The notes under the pieces were generated by a model. That model ran no database searches, was not told the origin of the DNA, and was given only the letters and a program-made list of their open reading frames with translations. Made by a program: the position numbers and the translations under genes. Shown piece by piece: positions 1 to 12,199 of a stretch of DNA of 51,103 nt. The stretch's first letter is position 1; every line of letters begins with the position of its first letter. Source of the stretch: Octopus sinensis (lineage: Eukaryota); assembly GCF_006345805.1 (NCBI RefSeq), contig NW_021834167.1, forward strand, positions 1 to 51,103. Reading direction: 5' to 3'.

Positions 1-1040
1 TCACCACCCTTTTACTCCTACCCTCCTCACCACCCTTTTTTTACTCTACCCTCCCTCTCCAACCTTTTACTCCTACCCTCCTCACCACCTTGTACTCCTA
101 CCCTCCTCTCCACCCCCCTTTACTCCTACCCTCCTCACCACCCTTTTCTCTACCCCCTCCACCCTTCTACTCCTACCCTCCTCACCACCCTTTTACTCCT
201 ACCCTCTCACCACCCCTTTTACGTCTATCCTCCTCTCCACCACTTTTACTCCTCTCCTCCTCCTCCACCCTTTTACTCCTATCCTCCTCTCCACCATTCT
301 ATCCTACCCTCCTCACCACCCCTTTTATCTCCACCCTCCTCTCCACCCTTCTTCTACTACCTACCCTCCTTTCTCACCCTTTTACTCCTATCCTCCTCTC
401 TCCAACCCCTTCTACTCCTACCCTCTTCCCCACCCTTTTACTTCCTGCCCCTCTCACCACCCTTTTACTCCTTACCATCCCTCTCCACCCTTTTACTCCT
501 ATCTCCTCACCACCACCCTTCTACTCTACCCTCCTCCCCACCCTTCTCTCCACCCTTTTACTCCCACCCTCCTCACCACCCTTTTACTCCTACCCTCTCA
601 CCACTCTTTTACTCCTATCCTCCTCTCTACCCTTTTACTCCTCTCCTCCTCACCACCCTTTTACTCCTTCCCTCCTCTCCACCCTTTTACTCCTCTCCTC
701 CTCTCCACCCTTTTACTCCTATCCTCCTCTCCACCCTTCTACTCCTACCCTCCTCACCACCCTTTTACTCCTTCCCTCCTCTCCACCCTTTTACTCCTCT
801 CCTCCTCTCCACCCTTTTACTCCTATCCTCCTCTCCACCCTTCTACTCCTACCCTCCTCACCACCCTTTTTCTCCTTCCCTCCTCTCCCCCTTTACCTCT
901 TCCTCCTCTCCACCCTTTTACTCCTATCCTCCTCTCCACCCTTCTACTCCTACCCTCCTCTCCACCCTTTTACTCCTTCCCTCCTCTCCACCCTTTTACT
1001 CCTATCTTCCTCTCCACCCTTTAGCTTCTACCCTCCTCTA
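1..1040. repeat. Pyrimidine-rich ~26-nt minisatellite (unit ~TCACCACCCTTTTACTCCTACCCTCC), roughly 40 degenerate copies, running off the window start
   Basis: Tandem periodicity is directly visible; the + strand is almost free of G. Confidence 0.95.
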
Positions 1041-1049
1041 TTATAAAAT

Positions 1050-1395
1050 GTGTACAGTGATACTGTCTCTCTACAGCAAGAAACTTGTTCCGCTCTGAAC
1101 ATTTTCTCTTATAATTTACCACTCTCTACTCCTCTCATTGCATAAAATTGACCCCTTTGGGGTTCATAGTCTTGCAAACCCACATGGTGACATCACCAAT
1201 GCTGGTGACATGAAGAAAGCACCCAGTACACTAAATGAAGTGCATCTAGGAAGGGCATCAGGAAGAGCATCTAGCCACAGAAACCAAGCTAAAGCAGGCA
1301 TTGGAACCTGATGCAAAGATTGGATCCAGCAGATCCTCCCAAACTGTCCACCCCACATCAGCATGAAACACGGACTTTGAATATTGGTGATAGGG
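1050..1395 (+). mobile_element. Old, long-form copy of SINE-like family A (family sense defined with the (GAT)n tail at the 3' end)
   Basis: Contains AAAGCACCCAGTACAC and AGGAAGGGCATC motifs shared with other family A copies; CTCTACAGCAAG at 1069-1080 recurs at 50035-50046. Confidence 0.6.
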
Positions 1396-1702
1396 ATGCT
1401 CACTTGCCTCCTGGAAGATGATATAAATTCCCTGACTGAGAACTTTAAAGTGTTTCCTGATAGAAAGGCCAAAAACTTAGACATGTGAACAAAACAGTTC
1501 TGTGGCCCATCTAGGAGAGCATTGACTTCAAGTAAGAAGTGACTTGGACATGTCAATACAAGGAAAACAGGAAAACAGTTATACAAAGGAAGAATAATAA
1601 TAATGCCATTGAGAGGGTGATAACAGCAACAACAACAACAGCAGATAACAATGAAGATGAAAGATGTAAACTTATGTTATCTAATTAAGATATAATACTT
1701 AC

Positions 1703-1904
1703 CCAAATGTTTGCAAGAAAGGGAACATAAAGAATTTTCCTTGACAGTGACTCTAAACCAACAACAATAAAGTTCAAAAGGGTCCAAATAAACAAGTGCT
1801 CCCTCATTCCGTGCCAGTAAAACACATAGCAGAAACTCACAGCAGATGCAAGAAGTTGTTTTATTATGCCATTATGAGATCCACCAGCAGGAACATAAAT
1901 ATAC
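1703..1904 (-). CDS. HHAT: Hedgehog acyltransferase (HHAT/Rasp, MBOAT family), internal 202-nt exon with the catalytic His
   Basis: Acceptor ttatttccgttctctttcag and donor TGG|gtaagt. Translation (R)YIYVPAGGSHNGIIKQLLASAVSFCYVFYWHGMREHLFIWTLLNFIVVGLESLSRKILYVPFLANIW matches remembered human HHAT RYVYIPVGGSQHG...FVSYWHG...WAALNWLGVTVE. His codon at 1813-1811. Confidence 0.93.
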
Positions 1905-1968
1905 CTGAAAGAGAACGGAAATAAATATCTTAATAAGAAATAAGGTTAATTTCAAGCTCTTACCAGTC

Positions 1969-2063
1969 ATGGCTGTGTAATTAACTTGACTGTGTAATTA
2001 ACATGGCTGTGTAATTAACTTGACTGTGTAATTAACATGGCTGTGTAATTAACTTGACTGTGT
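1969..2063. repeat. 17-nt tandem repeat with two alternating variants (34-nt higher-order unit)
   Basis: ATGGCTGTGTAATTAAC and TTGACTGTGTAATTAAC alternate: five full monomers plus a partial one. Confidence 0.95.
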
Positions 2064-2330
2064 GGCCGTGTGGTAAGAAGTTTCCTTCCCAACCACATGG
2101 TTCCAGGTTCAGTCTATCTATGTGTGTGTCTGTGTTTGTCTTCCACTATCATTTGACAACTGGTGTTGATGTGTTTACATCCATTTAACTTAGCGGTTTG
2201 ACAAAAGAGACCAACAGAACAAGTACAAGACTTTTAAAAAATAAGTACTGGAATCAATTTGTCTTCAAGGCAGTGCCCCAGTATGGCCACAGTCTAAATG
2301 ACTGAGACAAGTAAGGTATGCTTTTGGGAT
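2060..2330 (+). mobile_element. tRNA-derived SINE family B (tRNA head, CORE-like segment, microsatellite, tail), internally deleted
   Basis: Head GGCCGTGTGGTAAGAAG...GGTTCAG; tail TTGACAACTGGTGTTG...AACTTAGCGGTT...ATGACTGAGACAAGTAA matches copies at 12200, 25395 and 37075. Confidence 0.8.
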
Positions 2331-2437
2331 CCATTCCACTTCATGGCACCTTGGGCAAGTTATTTCTACTCCAGATTTGGGCTGCCAAATGTTTCAATAG
2401 AGAAATCTGATAGACAGAAACTGTACAGAAGTATATA

Positions 2438-2540
<103 letters not shown>

Positions 2541-3119
2541 ATCTGCATGCATGTGTATGTGTTCAATATGCCACAGAGCTCAGCAATTTCTATATATGAA
2601 GACCCATGGAATTATTAAATATCTAACTTTAAACATAAATGTTGGTGGCAGAATTGGTACGGACACAGAAAATGCCCCAATAAGTGTTGACCAATACACG
2701 CCAATAGAGGAAAAGCAGATGCAAAAATGATGATGAAATGAGCAATGCGATAAATTCCAGTTGCAATGTATTGAAAGGAGAGAGACTTCTAAAGACCAAA
2801 ATAATGAAATGGGGGAAATCCAAAGCTGTAATTGTTGATGCAGATATCACTCTGCTATGTAGTCATGGACAGATTTACTGGAGCAGGCTTAGAGTACAAA
2901 AGTAACAAACTAAAATCAACTTGCGAGTAACTCCCGAGCTCTACATCTGCAAATACTAGCAAACAGTTGAAGAATTGACTGTTTGTGGCAGCCTGTGAGT
3001 TATAGCTTCCTATAGCCAAATGAAAATATGAACCTAAAGAACAACACTTTCTCTTCTACACCATCTTTGAATTTCATTCGATGCTGGATCCTGAGCCTAA
3101 CTTATTACTAACACGCAAT

Positions 3120-4610
3120 CTCTGCTGCTCCAGAAAACAGTGTTGTTAGGGACAGCTCGGATACTGAGGAAGGTTCTTAGTATTTTGACCACATTCTTGG
3201 ATAAGTGAGTGTTTGGGTATATTCAGTACTGCAGACAACATAAGAGAATTAATTAGCTTTAGTATGAAGAAACGGAAAGTAGATCTCTACTCTGATGACA
3301 GCCTTATGGAAAATTAATATAAAGAGAAGAATTTTCCAAGGAGATTCATTATTCCCTTTAATATTTGTCTTATGTTTAATCTCCCTCAGTTTAGTAGGAA
3401 TGAAATCAGAGCTAAATGGTCCGAACCTAGTGAAGGCTGTAAATATTTGGGTATTTTAGATACTCAGCAGCTTTTGTAGATTGGACAAAATCTGAATTAG
3501 TAAATCCAGACAGAAGAACTATAAAAGAATTTGATATGGACGGAAGACTATACTAATCTAGAAAGGAAGATGGAAGAGGGTTAATATCAGTAGAAGACTG
3601 CCTAGAGTTAGCTAAAGTAGATATAGACTGCTATATAGGTAATAGTGAAGAAATTTTATTAAGAGCTGCTAGAGTCACAGTAGGACATAGGGGAAACCAA
3701 AAAGCCAAATGAAGTTAAAAACCAGAAAAAGAAGTAAGATTATCAGATTGGCAAGAGGAGGCTTTGTATGGCAGATTTCCAAAGATTATTATAGGAAATA
3801 GTAATAGTGAGACATGATTATGATTGCAGAAAGGAAGGCTGAAAAAGAGACAAAAAGTTTAATAGCAGCACAAGATCAGGCATTGAGGACTAATTGAATA
3901 AAAGCCAAGATAGACAAAAACCAAATAGAGTCTCAATGTAAGTAATATAAATCAAAAGAGGAAAGTGCTACTCATATAGTAAGTGAATGTAGCATATTGG
4001 TACATATTGGTACAGAAAAAAAATACAAGAAAATACTTGACAACCTGCAGAGAGTAATCCACTGGGTGTTATGTAGAAAGCTAGGATTTGACCATACTGA
4101 TAAATGGTATGGACATCAACCTAGTAAAATGCTAGAAAATAAGAAATATAAGATTTTGTGGGATTTTAACATTAAGACTGAAATAATAATAGAAGGTAGA
4201 AGCCCTGATTTAGTAGTAATAGACAAATAGAATAGAAAGTGGCAGGTAATTGACTTTAAAGTCCCAAATGTTGAGAAGTATAGGAGTCAGAGAATTGCAA
4301 GATTTTGTGGAACTCTCCTATTCAAAGAGACAAGAAGCTAGAAAATAACAAACCAAATATAGCAACAATAGACATGGGAAGGCAAATGGATTCATGTCCA
4401 TTTGATTCTAGAATTATAAAGAAAGAAAATGAAAAACAAAAAAAAAATACAAACATCTAAAATTTGAAATTGCAAGAACTTGAAGTTTGAAAACTATAAA
4501 GGTTTTGCCTATAATAATTGGTGCATTGGGAACTGTAAGCAAAGACATAGACAAATGGTTGAAAGAGATTGGAATAGAATGTCTTGTAGAGCTTCTATCA
4601 GGAGAGCCTT
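3120..4610 (+). mobile_element. Decayed R4/Dong-like non-LTR retrotransposon (RT end, CCHC knuckle, restriction-like endonuclease), preceded by the C-terminal tip of another copy
   Basis: LQKTVLLGTARILRKVL at ~3130-3180. Downstream, frameshifted segments read ESATHIVSEC, IHWVLCRKLG, KILWDFNIKTE...RSPDLVVIDK...VIDF (PD..D RLE motif) and IIIGALGTV. Confidence 0.85.
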
Positions 4611-4823
4611 AAGCACTTGAAAGACTATTAAAAGATTGTGGATACCAAAGGTATGAAACTTTAAGGGAGGAGACCTGTCAATTATATCGACCCCAGTGTA
4701 TAACTGGTACTTAATTTATCAACTCAAAAGAATAATAAAGAACAATAATAATAGATATTCTCTTTTAGAAGGCATAATAAGATCTCTCATAAAGCTTTTA
4801 TGCATTGTGTGCATGTATATATA

Positions 4824-5958
4824 CAGGGGTTGGACAAAATAATATAGGCACCTAGCATCATAACATCATAATTTTGAAATATCTATAAAACCGCCAAAAA
4901 CTTGTTTATTTTTATGTTTTTTGATTTATTATATTTCTTGCTAAAATTGCTGTTTCTTTTCAGATATCATCAGGAAAAGGTAATTAAAATTCATTAAAAT
5001 GACAGTTGGTGCTCATATAACAGGTGCTAGCAGAACGAAAACAGCCAAAATGTTTGCTGTATGAAGAAGTACTGTCTTGAAAGTAATGACAGCCTTTGAG
5101 GAAGAGGGAAAAACCTCCTCGTCGAAACAAAACTCCGGAAGAAAACCAAAACTTTCAGAAAGGGACCGTCTGACTCTTACACGAATTGTTAGAAAAGATC
5201 ACAAAAGTACAGCTCCCAAAATTACTGCAGAGCTTAATGACCACCTTGAGAACCCAGTTTCCACAAAAACTGTTTGCCAGGAGCTGCACAAAGCCGGATT
5301 TCACAAGAGGGCTGCAATCAGAAAACCACTACCTTCAAAAACAAATGTTGCAAATGAGTGGCGTAAAATCCTACAGAATTGGTCCCTAGAGCAGTGGAAG
5401 AATGTTATTTTCTCGGACGAGTCATCTTTTACCTTATTTCCGACCACCGGCCGAGTATACGTGTAGAGACAGCCAAAAGAAGCATTTGATCCAGACTGTC
5501 TTCTTCCAACTGTTAAACGTGGAGGAGGATCAATGATGATTTGGGGGGCCATATCTTGGAAATCCGCCGACCCAATGGTTTCCCTTCATGATTCAGGATG
5601 ATAATGCACCGATTCACACAGCTTAAAGTTGTTACTGAATGGCACAAGGAACATTCTAGTGAAGTTGAACATCTTATCTGGCCACCACAGTCCCCAGATC
5701 TCAATATTATCGAACATTTATGGTGCATTTTAGAAAAACAAGTAAGGAGTCGATTTCCTCCACAATCATCAATACAAGAACCGGAGACTGTTTTAGCTGA
5801 AGAATGGACAAAAGTTCCTTTGGAAACAATTGAAACTTTGTACAGGTCCACACCCCGTAGAATTCAAGCTGTAGTTACTACCAAAGGCAGTCCTACCCCA
5901 TATTAAAATAAATTTGTTTGAAATTTTAAGGTGTTTCCATTATTTTGTCCAACCGCTG
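4824..5958 (+). mobile_element. Tc1-like DNA transposon with both TIRs and TA target duplication; transposase inactivated; DD36E-like spacing
   Basis: 30-nt TIRs at 4824-4853 and 5929-5958 (25/30 identical), TA on both sides. Transposase motifs GRKPKLS, WKNVIFSDES, VKRGGGSMMIWG, QDDNAPIH, WPPQSPDLNIIEHLW. Carries a stop, an internal deletion and a frameshift. Confidence 0.95.
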
Positions 5959-5985
5959 TATATATACATATATATATATATATAT

Positions 5986-6950
5986 CATCATCATCATCAT
6001 CATCATTTAGCGTCCGTTTTCCATGCTAGCATGGGTTGGACGGTTCAACTGGGGTCTGTGAAGCTGGAAGGCTTCATCAGGCCCAGTCAGATCTGGCAGT
6101 GTTTCTACGGCTGGATGCCCTTCCTAACGCCAACCACTCCATGAGTGTAGTGGGTGCTTTTTACGTGCTGCCCGCACAGGTGCCAGACAGAGCTGGCAAA
6201 CGGCCACGAACGGATGGTGCTTTTACGTGTCACCGGCACGGGGGCCAGACAGAGCTGGCAAACGGACACGAACGGATGGTGCTTTTACGTGCCACCAACA
6301 CGGGGGCCAGACAGAGCTGGCAAACGGCCACGAAACGGATGGTGCTTTTACATGTCACCGGCACGGGCGCCAGACAGAGCTGGCAAACGGCCACGAACGG
6401 ATGGTGCTTTTACGTGTCACCGGCACGGGGGCCAGGCGAGGCTGGCAACGGACATGAACGGATGGTGCTTTTACGTGCCACCAACACGGGGGCCAGACAG
6501 AGCTGGCAAACGGCCACGAAACAGATGGTGCTTTTACATGTCACCAGCACAGGGGCCAGACAGAGCTGGCAAACGGCTACGAACGGATGGTGCTTTTACG
6601 TGTCACCTGCACGGGGGCCAGGCGAGGCTGGCAACGGCCACGAACGGATGGTGCTTTTACGTGCCACCAACACGGGGGCCAGACAGAGCTGGCAAACGGC
6701 CACGAAACGGATGGTGCTTTTACATGTCACCAGCACGGGGGCCAGACAGAGCTGGCAAACGGCCACGAACGGATGGTGCTTTTACGTGTCACCTGCACGG
6801 GGGCCAGGCGAGGCTGGCAACGGCCACGAACGGATGGTGTTTTTACGTGCCACCAACACGGAGGCTAGACGGAGCGGCGCCGGCAACGACCACGATCGGA
6901 TGGTTCGCTTAACCACAGCTGCAATTCCCACTGATGTTGATCAACCTCAA
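5986..6950 (-). mobile_element. Young SINE-like family A copy with an internally amplified tandem array
   Basis: (CAT)n-TTTAGCGTCCGTTTTCCATGCTAGCATGGGTTGGACGG...GGATGCCCTTCCTAACGCCAACCAC, near-identical to copies at 24297, 33858 and 50207. Confidence 0.9.
6160..6900. repeat. ~61-63-nt GC-rich minisatellite, about 12 units, with a 3-unit ~186-nt higher-order repeat
   Basis: Units start CGGATGGTGCTTTTAC; diagnostic variants recur in the order B-C-A three times. Confidence 0.93.
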
Positions 6951-7081
6951 TTTGGTTCTGCTTTCTGATATATGAATTGATTTGGTTTGATTTTGATTTT
7001 GACTGACTGTTCTCACTGGTCTTGCCGGGTTTTCTCACGCACAGCATACTTCCAAAGGTGTCGGTCTCTGGTCATATATAT

Positions 7082-7125
<44 letters not shown>

Positions 7126-9352
7126 ATAGTCTATAAGAATTATTTAATACAGTTTTTGTAGCGTAAAGGTGATTTTTAAAAAACTGTTTTTTAATAAAAT
7201 GCTATGAAATCTTTTATTTTGGTTACTAATGTTTTTGGGGAAGAAGTTTTTTTTTCTAATGTATTTTTTTTAAACACACATACTCTTGTATAGTAATTTT
7301 CCTTTATTTCTCTACCAGCAAAAAAAAACATGCCCCTGAATTACATCATCACTTTCTAACACCTTTTAACCATTTTTCTGTCAAGATTCTATGATACATT
7401 AGGTATTCAAAAGTATATAATTTAACATATAATCTATTCCAGCCAAGTCTAGATTACCACAAATAAATTTAATTATCCCTCTACAACTTCTTCATATTTT
7501 ATAATTAATTTCTATAATCTGCTTTATTACACACACTTTCAGAGATTTCTGTCAAAAAATGTTTGGTCTATATTCCCACCAGAAACTTGTGGGAAAGCTG
7601 AAGTTCTATATTGTAATGAAAAGCCTCTTAATTTTTAGAAGGAAAACAAAATCAAATACCTAGAAAACAGCAACAAAACAAGAATCTGTTTTCTGTTTTC
7701 CAGTTATAGAAACAGAAGCAGTAGAAAGTAGTCAGCAGAAAGAAACTTGACAAAAATGAAAAATAAATTCTAAACAAAACTGCAAAGAAAACCCTAAAAG
7801 TCCAATAGTGTGAGAAAGAACCTCTTGTTTCAACTTTGATTCCTGTTCATCTGATCCTATGCTGTGCTGTAACATCATATTCTTCTGATCATTCCTTACC
7901 ATCACCTTTTCTGCAGAATTTTAGGGTTTCCTTTGTTTTAAAATTTATATTTTTTATTTTTTTCAAGCTTCTTTATTTATATTTTTTTTTTTTTGCTACT
8001 GTTTGCTTCTTAAGTTTCCATGTCTTAGAAAAATGGAAAACAGATTCTTATTTTATTGGAGTATCCTGGATAGTCGTTTCAGTGTGTTAATTATCCCACC
8101 CCCTTCTTTTGGTATCTTTCCCCACCCACTTCCTCTTCACCACCCAGCTTGCATAATGTTTTATATTAGATTACATTTTCAGATTAACTGAAACATATTA
8201 TTACCTCTGGTCGATATCATTATGTCAATCCTAGAAAAAAAAAAAATGGCTAGCCCCAGAGTTGAACTTTAAAGACCAAAAACATTAAAATATCAGGAAG
8301 TAATGATTATCGCTATCATTGCATCAATCATTTCAGTATTTCATACATTGATAGAATTTGTAAGGTGTGTGTGAGAAAACTTTCAACAATAAATTCCATT
8401 GTATCCTCATATAAAAGAGAAGAGAGTGGCAGATGGTGGGAGGAGGAGGGAGAAGAAGGAGAGAGTTGGAGAGAACATTCTTTTCAATGATGTACTTAAT
8501 ACTAGAAGAAAAAAAAAAAAGATCTACATCCATCCTTATTTCAATAACTTAGGCGTTCTTCAATTGTCTATATATTGTTGTAAACATGCATGAACTGTAT
8601 TTTATTATCTCATATGAGAATTGTGAGATATATATTAAAGGGATTAATTGTAGCCTGAGATGAAAAAAGGTTTGACAACACTCAAACAGATGACAGCGAC
8701 GAAAAGAAAAGATAAGAGCAGTTGTTCATTGAATAATATCGGCTGAGTATCCATAGAAGAAAACATTAATTTATATGAAGTGGGATGCAACTTAAAACAG
8801 AATGAGATACAGGGAAATGCGCATGCAGACGCACACCAAACACACACACCAGTCATTCACTATACAACCACATATATATATATACGTATGTGTGTGTGTA
8901 TACACACACACACACACGCACAAACCTATATATTTATATATTCATATATGTATAACACCCATACATATACATATATACACACATATCCATATATACACAC
9001 ACACACTCAAACACTCACATATATGCACACTACACTCACACACACATATATATATGTATATTTATATGTATATATTGTGTGTGACTGTATGTACATATAG
9101 ACATGTTTATACATGTGTGTGTATATCTATGTATATGTATATATATATATATACATTACATATACATATATATTATATATATATATACATTATATATATA
9201 TTCTAATATATACATACATTGCATATATATATATGTACATATATAAACACATATTTATAAATGTGTGTAAATGTGTGCGTGTGATTGTATGTATGTATAT
9301 ATATATATACTTATGAAGTAATGTATGTTTACCTTTGCATTGTGAGTGACCA

Positions 9353-9388
<36 letters not shown>

Positions 9389-9756
9389 GACTGGAAGATA
9401 AGTAGTTTATCTTAGACATAATGGTAAGCTGTGCTTGATAACAAAAGAAAATATTAACTATACATCAGATATTCTGAATGGAAAAACTTGATGGGAGGAG
9501 AAATAATGAAGACTCAGAAGAAAGAGAAGAGGTAAACTAGAGAATGAAGAGCAGAGAAGATAAGCTAGTAGAGAGAGAGAGAGAGAGAGAGAGAAACTGT
9601 GGGAGAAAGAGAGATGCATGGTGTGTATGTATGTGTGTGCATGTATGCATTTGTGTACATGTATGCATATGTTCAAGCTTGATGCATAAATATACACACA
9701 GTTTCTGCCGGCAAATGAAATTGCTAAATCAGTCACACTCAAATACTAACGTCACA

Positions 9757-9790
<34 letters not shown>

Positions 9791-9791
9791 A

Positions 9792-9826
<35 letters not shown>

Positions 9827-12036
9827 AGAGTCATGCACAAGTGGAAGTATCTTCATAATAGGGCAGAAACAGTTGCAAGTTATGGAAAGGTTTGGAAACC
9901 ATGGCCTGCAGACAGACTGGAATTGCTAACATTGAATCCAAGACGTTTATTTCTGACATCAATGAGAGGGTGTACCATTCTACAAAAGAATAGTTTCAGC
10001 AACTAGGTGTTGTGTCATTAAAAGACATTATCTTCAATTTGTAAGAGTGATGCCAGCACAAGTGTACATGCTTCAATGATTAAACATTAGCATCATCATC
10101 ATTATCACCATCATTAACAGCACAGCATTTCATAAAAGAAGAGTGTTCTTTTTACTTTGCATTTTTTTTTTTTTTTTTCACAAGTATTCCAGAAGATTTG
10201 AAGGAATATTTTTCCTTATTCTGAACAAGTACGCATACAATATATTCAATAAAAGCTTCCATGCAGATTGCAACAATAAAAATATGCTTTACTGAAAAGA
10301 GAACAAAATAAATATTTTTATCTTTTTTTATATTACATTTGATGTTCCATGCCGATATGAGTTGGAGACTTCTGCAAAATTTAAGCACAAACCTTCAATT
10401 ATTAAAACTTTATATTGAATCTAATAAACATTCTTCAGAACAACAGAATTCCAACCATTTTATAAAGCGTTATATTCTTCACATTTTAGTTTGTGTCTCT
10501 CTCTGCTTCTATAACTACAGCAATCAATAAAACATTTTCACCAGCCATACTCTAGCTGCCGTTAACTTCTTTCAAACGGGTATGATGTACCCAAAGTGAG
10601 AACTTCTACATGGTCAACAGACTTGCTAGAAATAGCAACATGCGAACCATAGTTACTCAACCTGTTAGAGATAACAGTCAAATCTCCTTCAGATCACACC
10701 TGTTTAAAATAAGAAAACATACATTAAATAATGCAGACCACAAGATCTGGAAAAGTAACACAGGTTGGTCATGAACGGAATGCTTTTGATGAGAGGACTG
10801 TTTGATTATAGTCTGATCTGGATTGAACAACAACAACAACAACAACAGCTGTAATCTAACCCTAGCCTTGCTAACATCCATTTCTACTACATATCTATTC
10901 CACATTTCATTGGTGGCTTACCTCAACCCAAGCAATCACAAACTATCACCATAAATTATATGTTTCTTAGAAATTGTGTTCAATCACCATAACCCTAACC
11001 CTCATGCACATTTCTCTCCACAAAACCCTATCCACCATTTCCATCTATTATACATTAAAAGTCAGTTTCAATCTTGCCTGAAATGTTACTCAGCAAAACT
11101 GGTACATAATCGGTAAATACTATGAATTAAGTTTACTCTGAAATGTTAATATAAATCGAATGAAATACGTTTCGCAAAAATTGGTAAAGTAGTTTTCAAG
11201 GTATTAGAGATTTTCAGGGTATAAATACCCAAAATGGTACATAATGGGGAAAATGTTCCGAAAATAATCTTCATCCTGAAAGAGGAGAAACTCTTACCTT
11301 TCTTTAAGACAGTAAGTTTTTTCGAGTGCATTCAACATATTTGGCTGCAATTTCTAGAATGCCCTACTACCACATAACAGCTATTTGCAATAAAGGACCC
11401 AAAATACCTGTTATATGGTAGCAGGGCATGCAAGAAATAGAAGCCAAATCTTTCCTTTTCTGGGGAAAGGAGCCATTTATATGTGATTTCGATGTCACAT
11501 TCGTTGAAAGCATGCAAAATAACCTGGAAAAGAAAAAATCCCACAAAACAAAACTCTGTTGCTGGGAAACTCAGAGTTTCCTGATGACCCAATGGGTCAT
11601 GGGTGGTCTAGTGCAAGTTATAATTCCTTATAGCCTATTTTTAATTTCTCGTCTTCATCATCATCATCATCCTTGCACATGTTCAATCCACAGCTGGACA
11701 AAGGCCTCAGCATGTTGCCCCGACCAACCATAATCTGGTGTTTTCCTCATCCATGTTTCAGTGCCAAAGAGAATTTAACAAAGTCTTCATTGCAGCTTCT
11801 GCAAGATCTTCTCCACCTTCCTTTTTCTGGGTGTGGTGTCCACTCTGTCATTTTGCTATTCCACTTTTTGTCCCTTCATCTAAACATGTGTCACACAGAA
11901 GACCAGTTCACAATTCATATTTTCCTCGTAGTATTCATTAAACCTGTTACTACTCTTTTCATAATGTTTAATATATATCATTTTTTTTTTTTAAACCTAG
12001 CTTCATTCAATATATTCAAATAAAAATAAAACTTAC

Positions 12037-12072
12037 CTTTTCATAAATGAATATAATCCTCGGTCAAAATGC
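12037..12072 (-). CDS. HHAT: HHAT 36-nt internal exon, (x)HFDRGLYSFMK(R)
   Basis: Acceptor tttttcattattttttgcag and donor AAG|gtaagt; only one frame is open. Phase 2 at both ends joins exon 1904-1703 in frame. Matches remembered HHAT WRYFDVGLHNFLIRY. Confidence 0.9.
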
Positions 12073-12199
12073 CTGCAAAAAATAATGAAAAAATGTATTT
12101 TGTATATTTTCTGTTTTTCCTCAATCAAAAAAAAAAATATAAAAACTAATGTAAAATTATATTTCAATAAAAAGTAAGATTTTATTTTATCGTTTTGCA

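Noticed and set aside
90-1046. 318-aa Pro/Leu/Ser ORF
   Set aside because: It is a translation of the C/T minisatellite, a strand that rarely forms stop codons; there is no domain or splice context.
1164-1586. 140-aa minus-strand ORF as the next HHAT exon (MSKFLAFLSGN loosely resembles LSNLVFLGGN)
   Set aside because: No credible phase-0 acceptor, the upstream frame runs through microsatellite, and the C-terminal half is family A repeat.
6036-6968. 310-aa and 252-aa repetitive ORFs
   Set aside because: They are by-products of the GC-rich SINE-internal array.
7630-7916. Minus-strand acceptors at 7660-7661 and 7911-7912 as extra HHAT exons
   Set aside because: The frames give no HHAT-like sequence or stop at once, and the true downstream exon is 1904-1703.
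11564-11600. GAAACTCAGAGTT-TC-CTGATGA-CCCAATGGG as a type II hammerhead
   Set aside because: Helix I is essentially absent (2 nt), so the core cannot assemble; it is two adjacent small hairpins.
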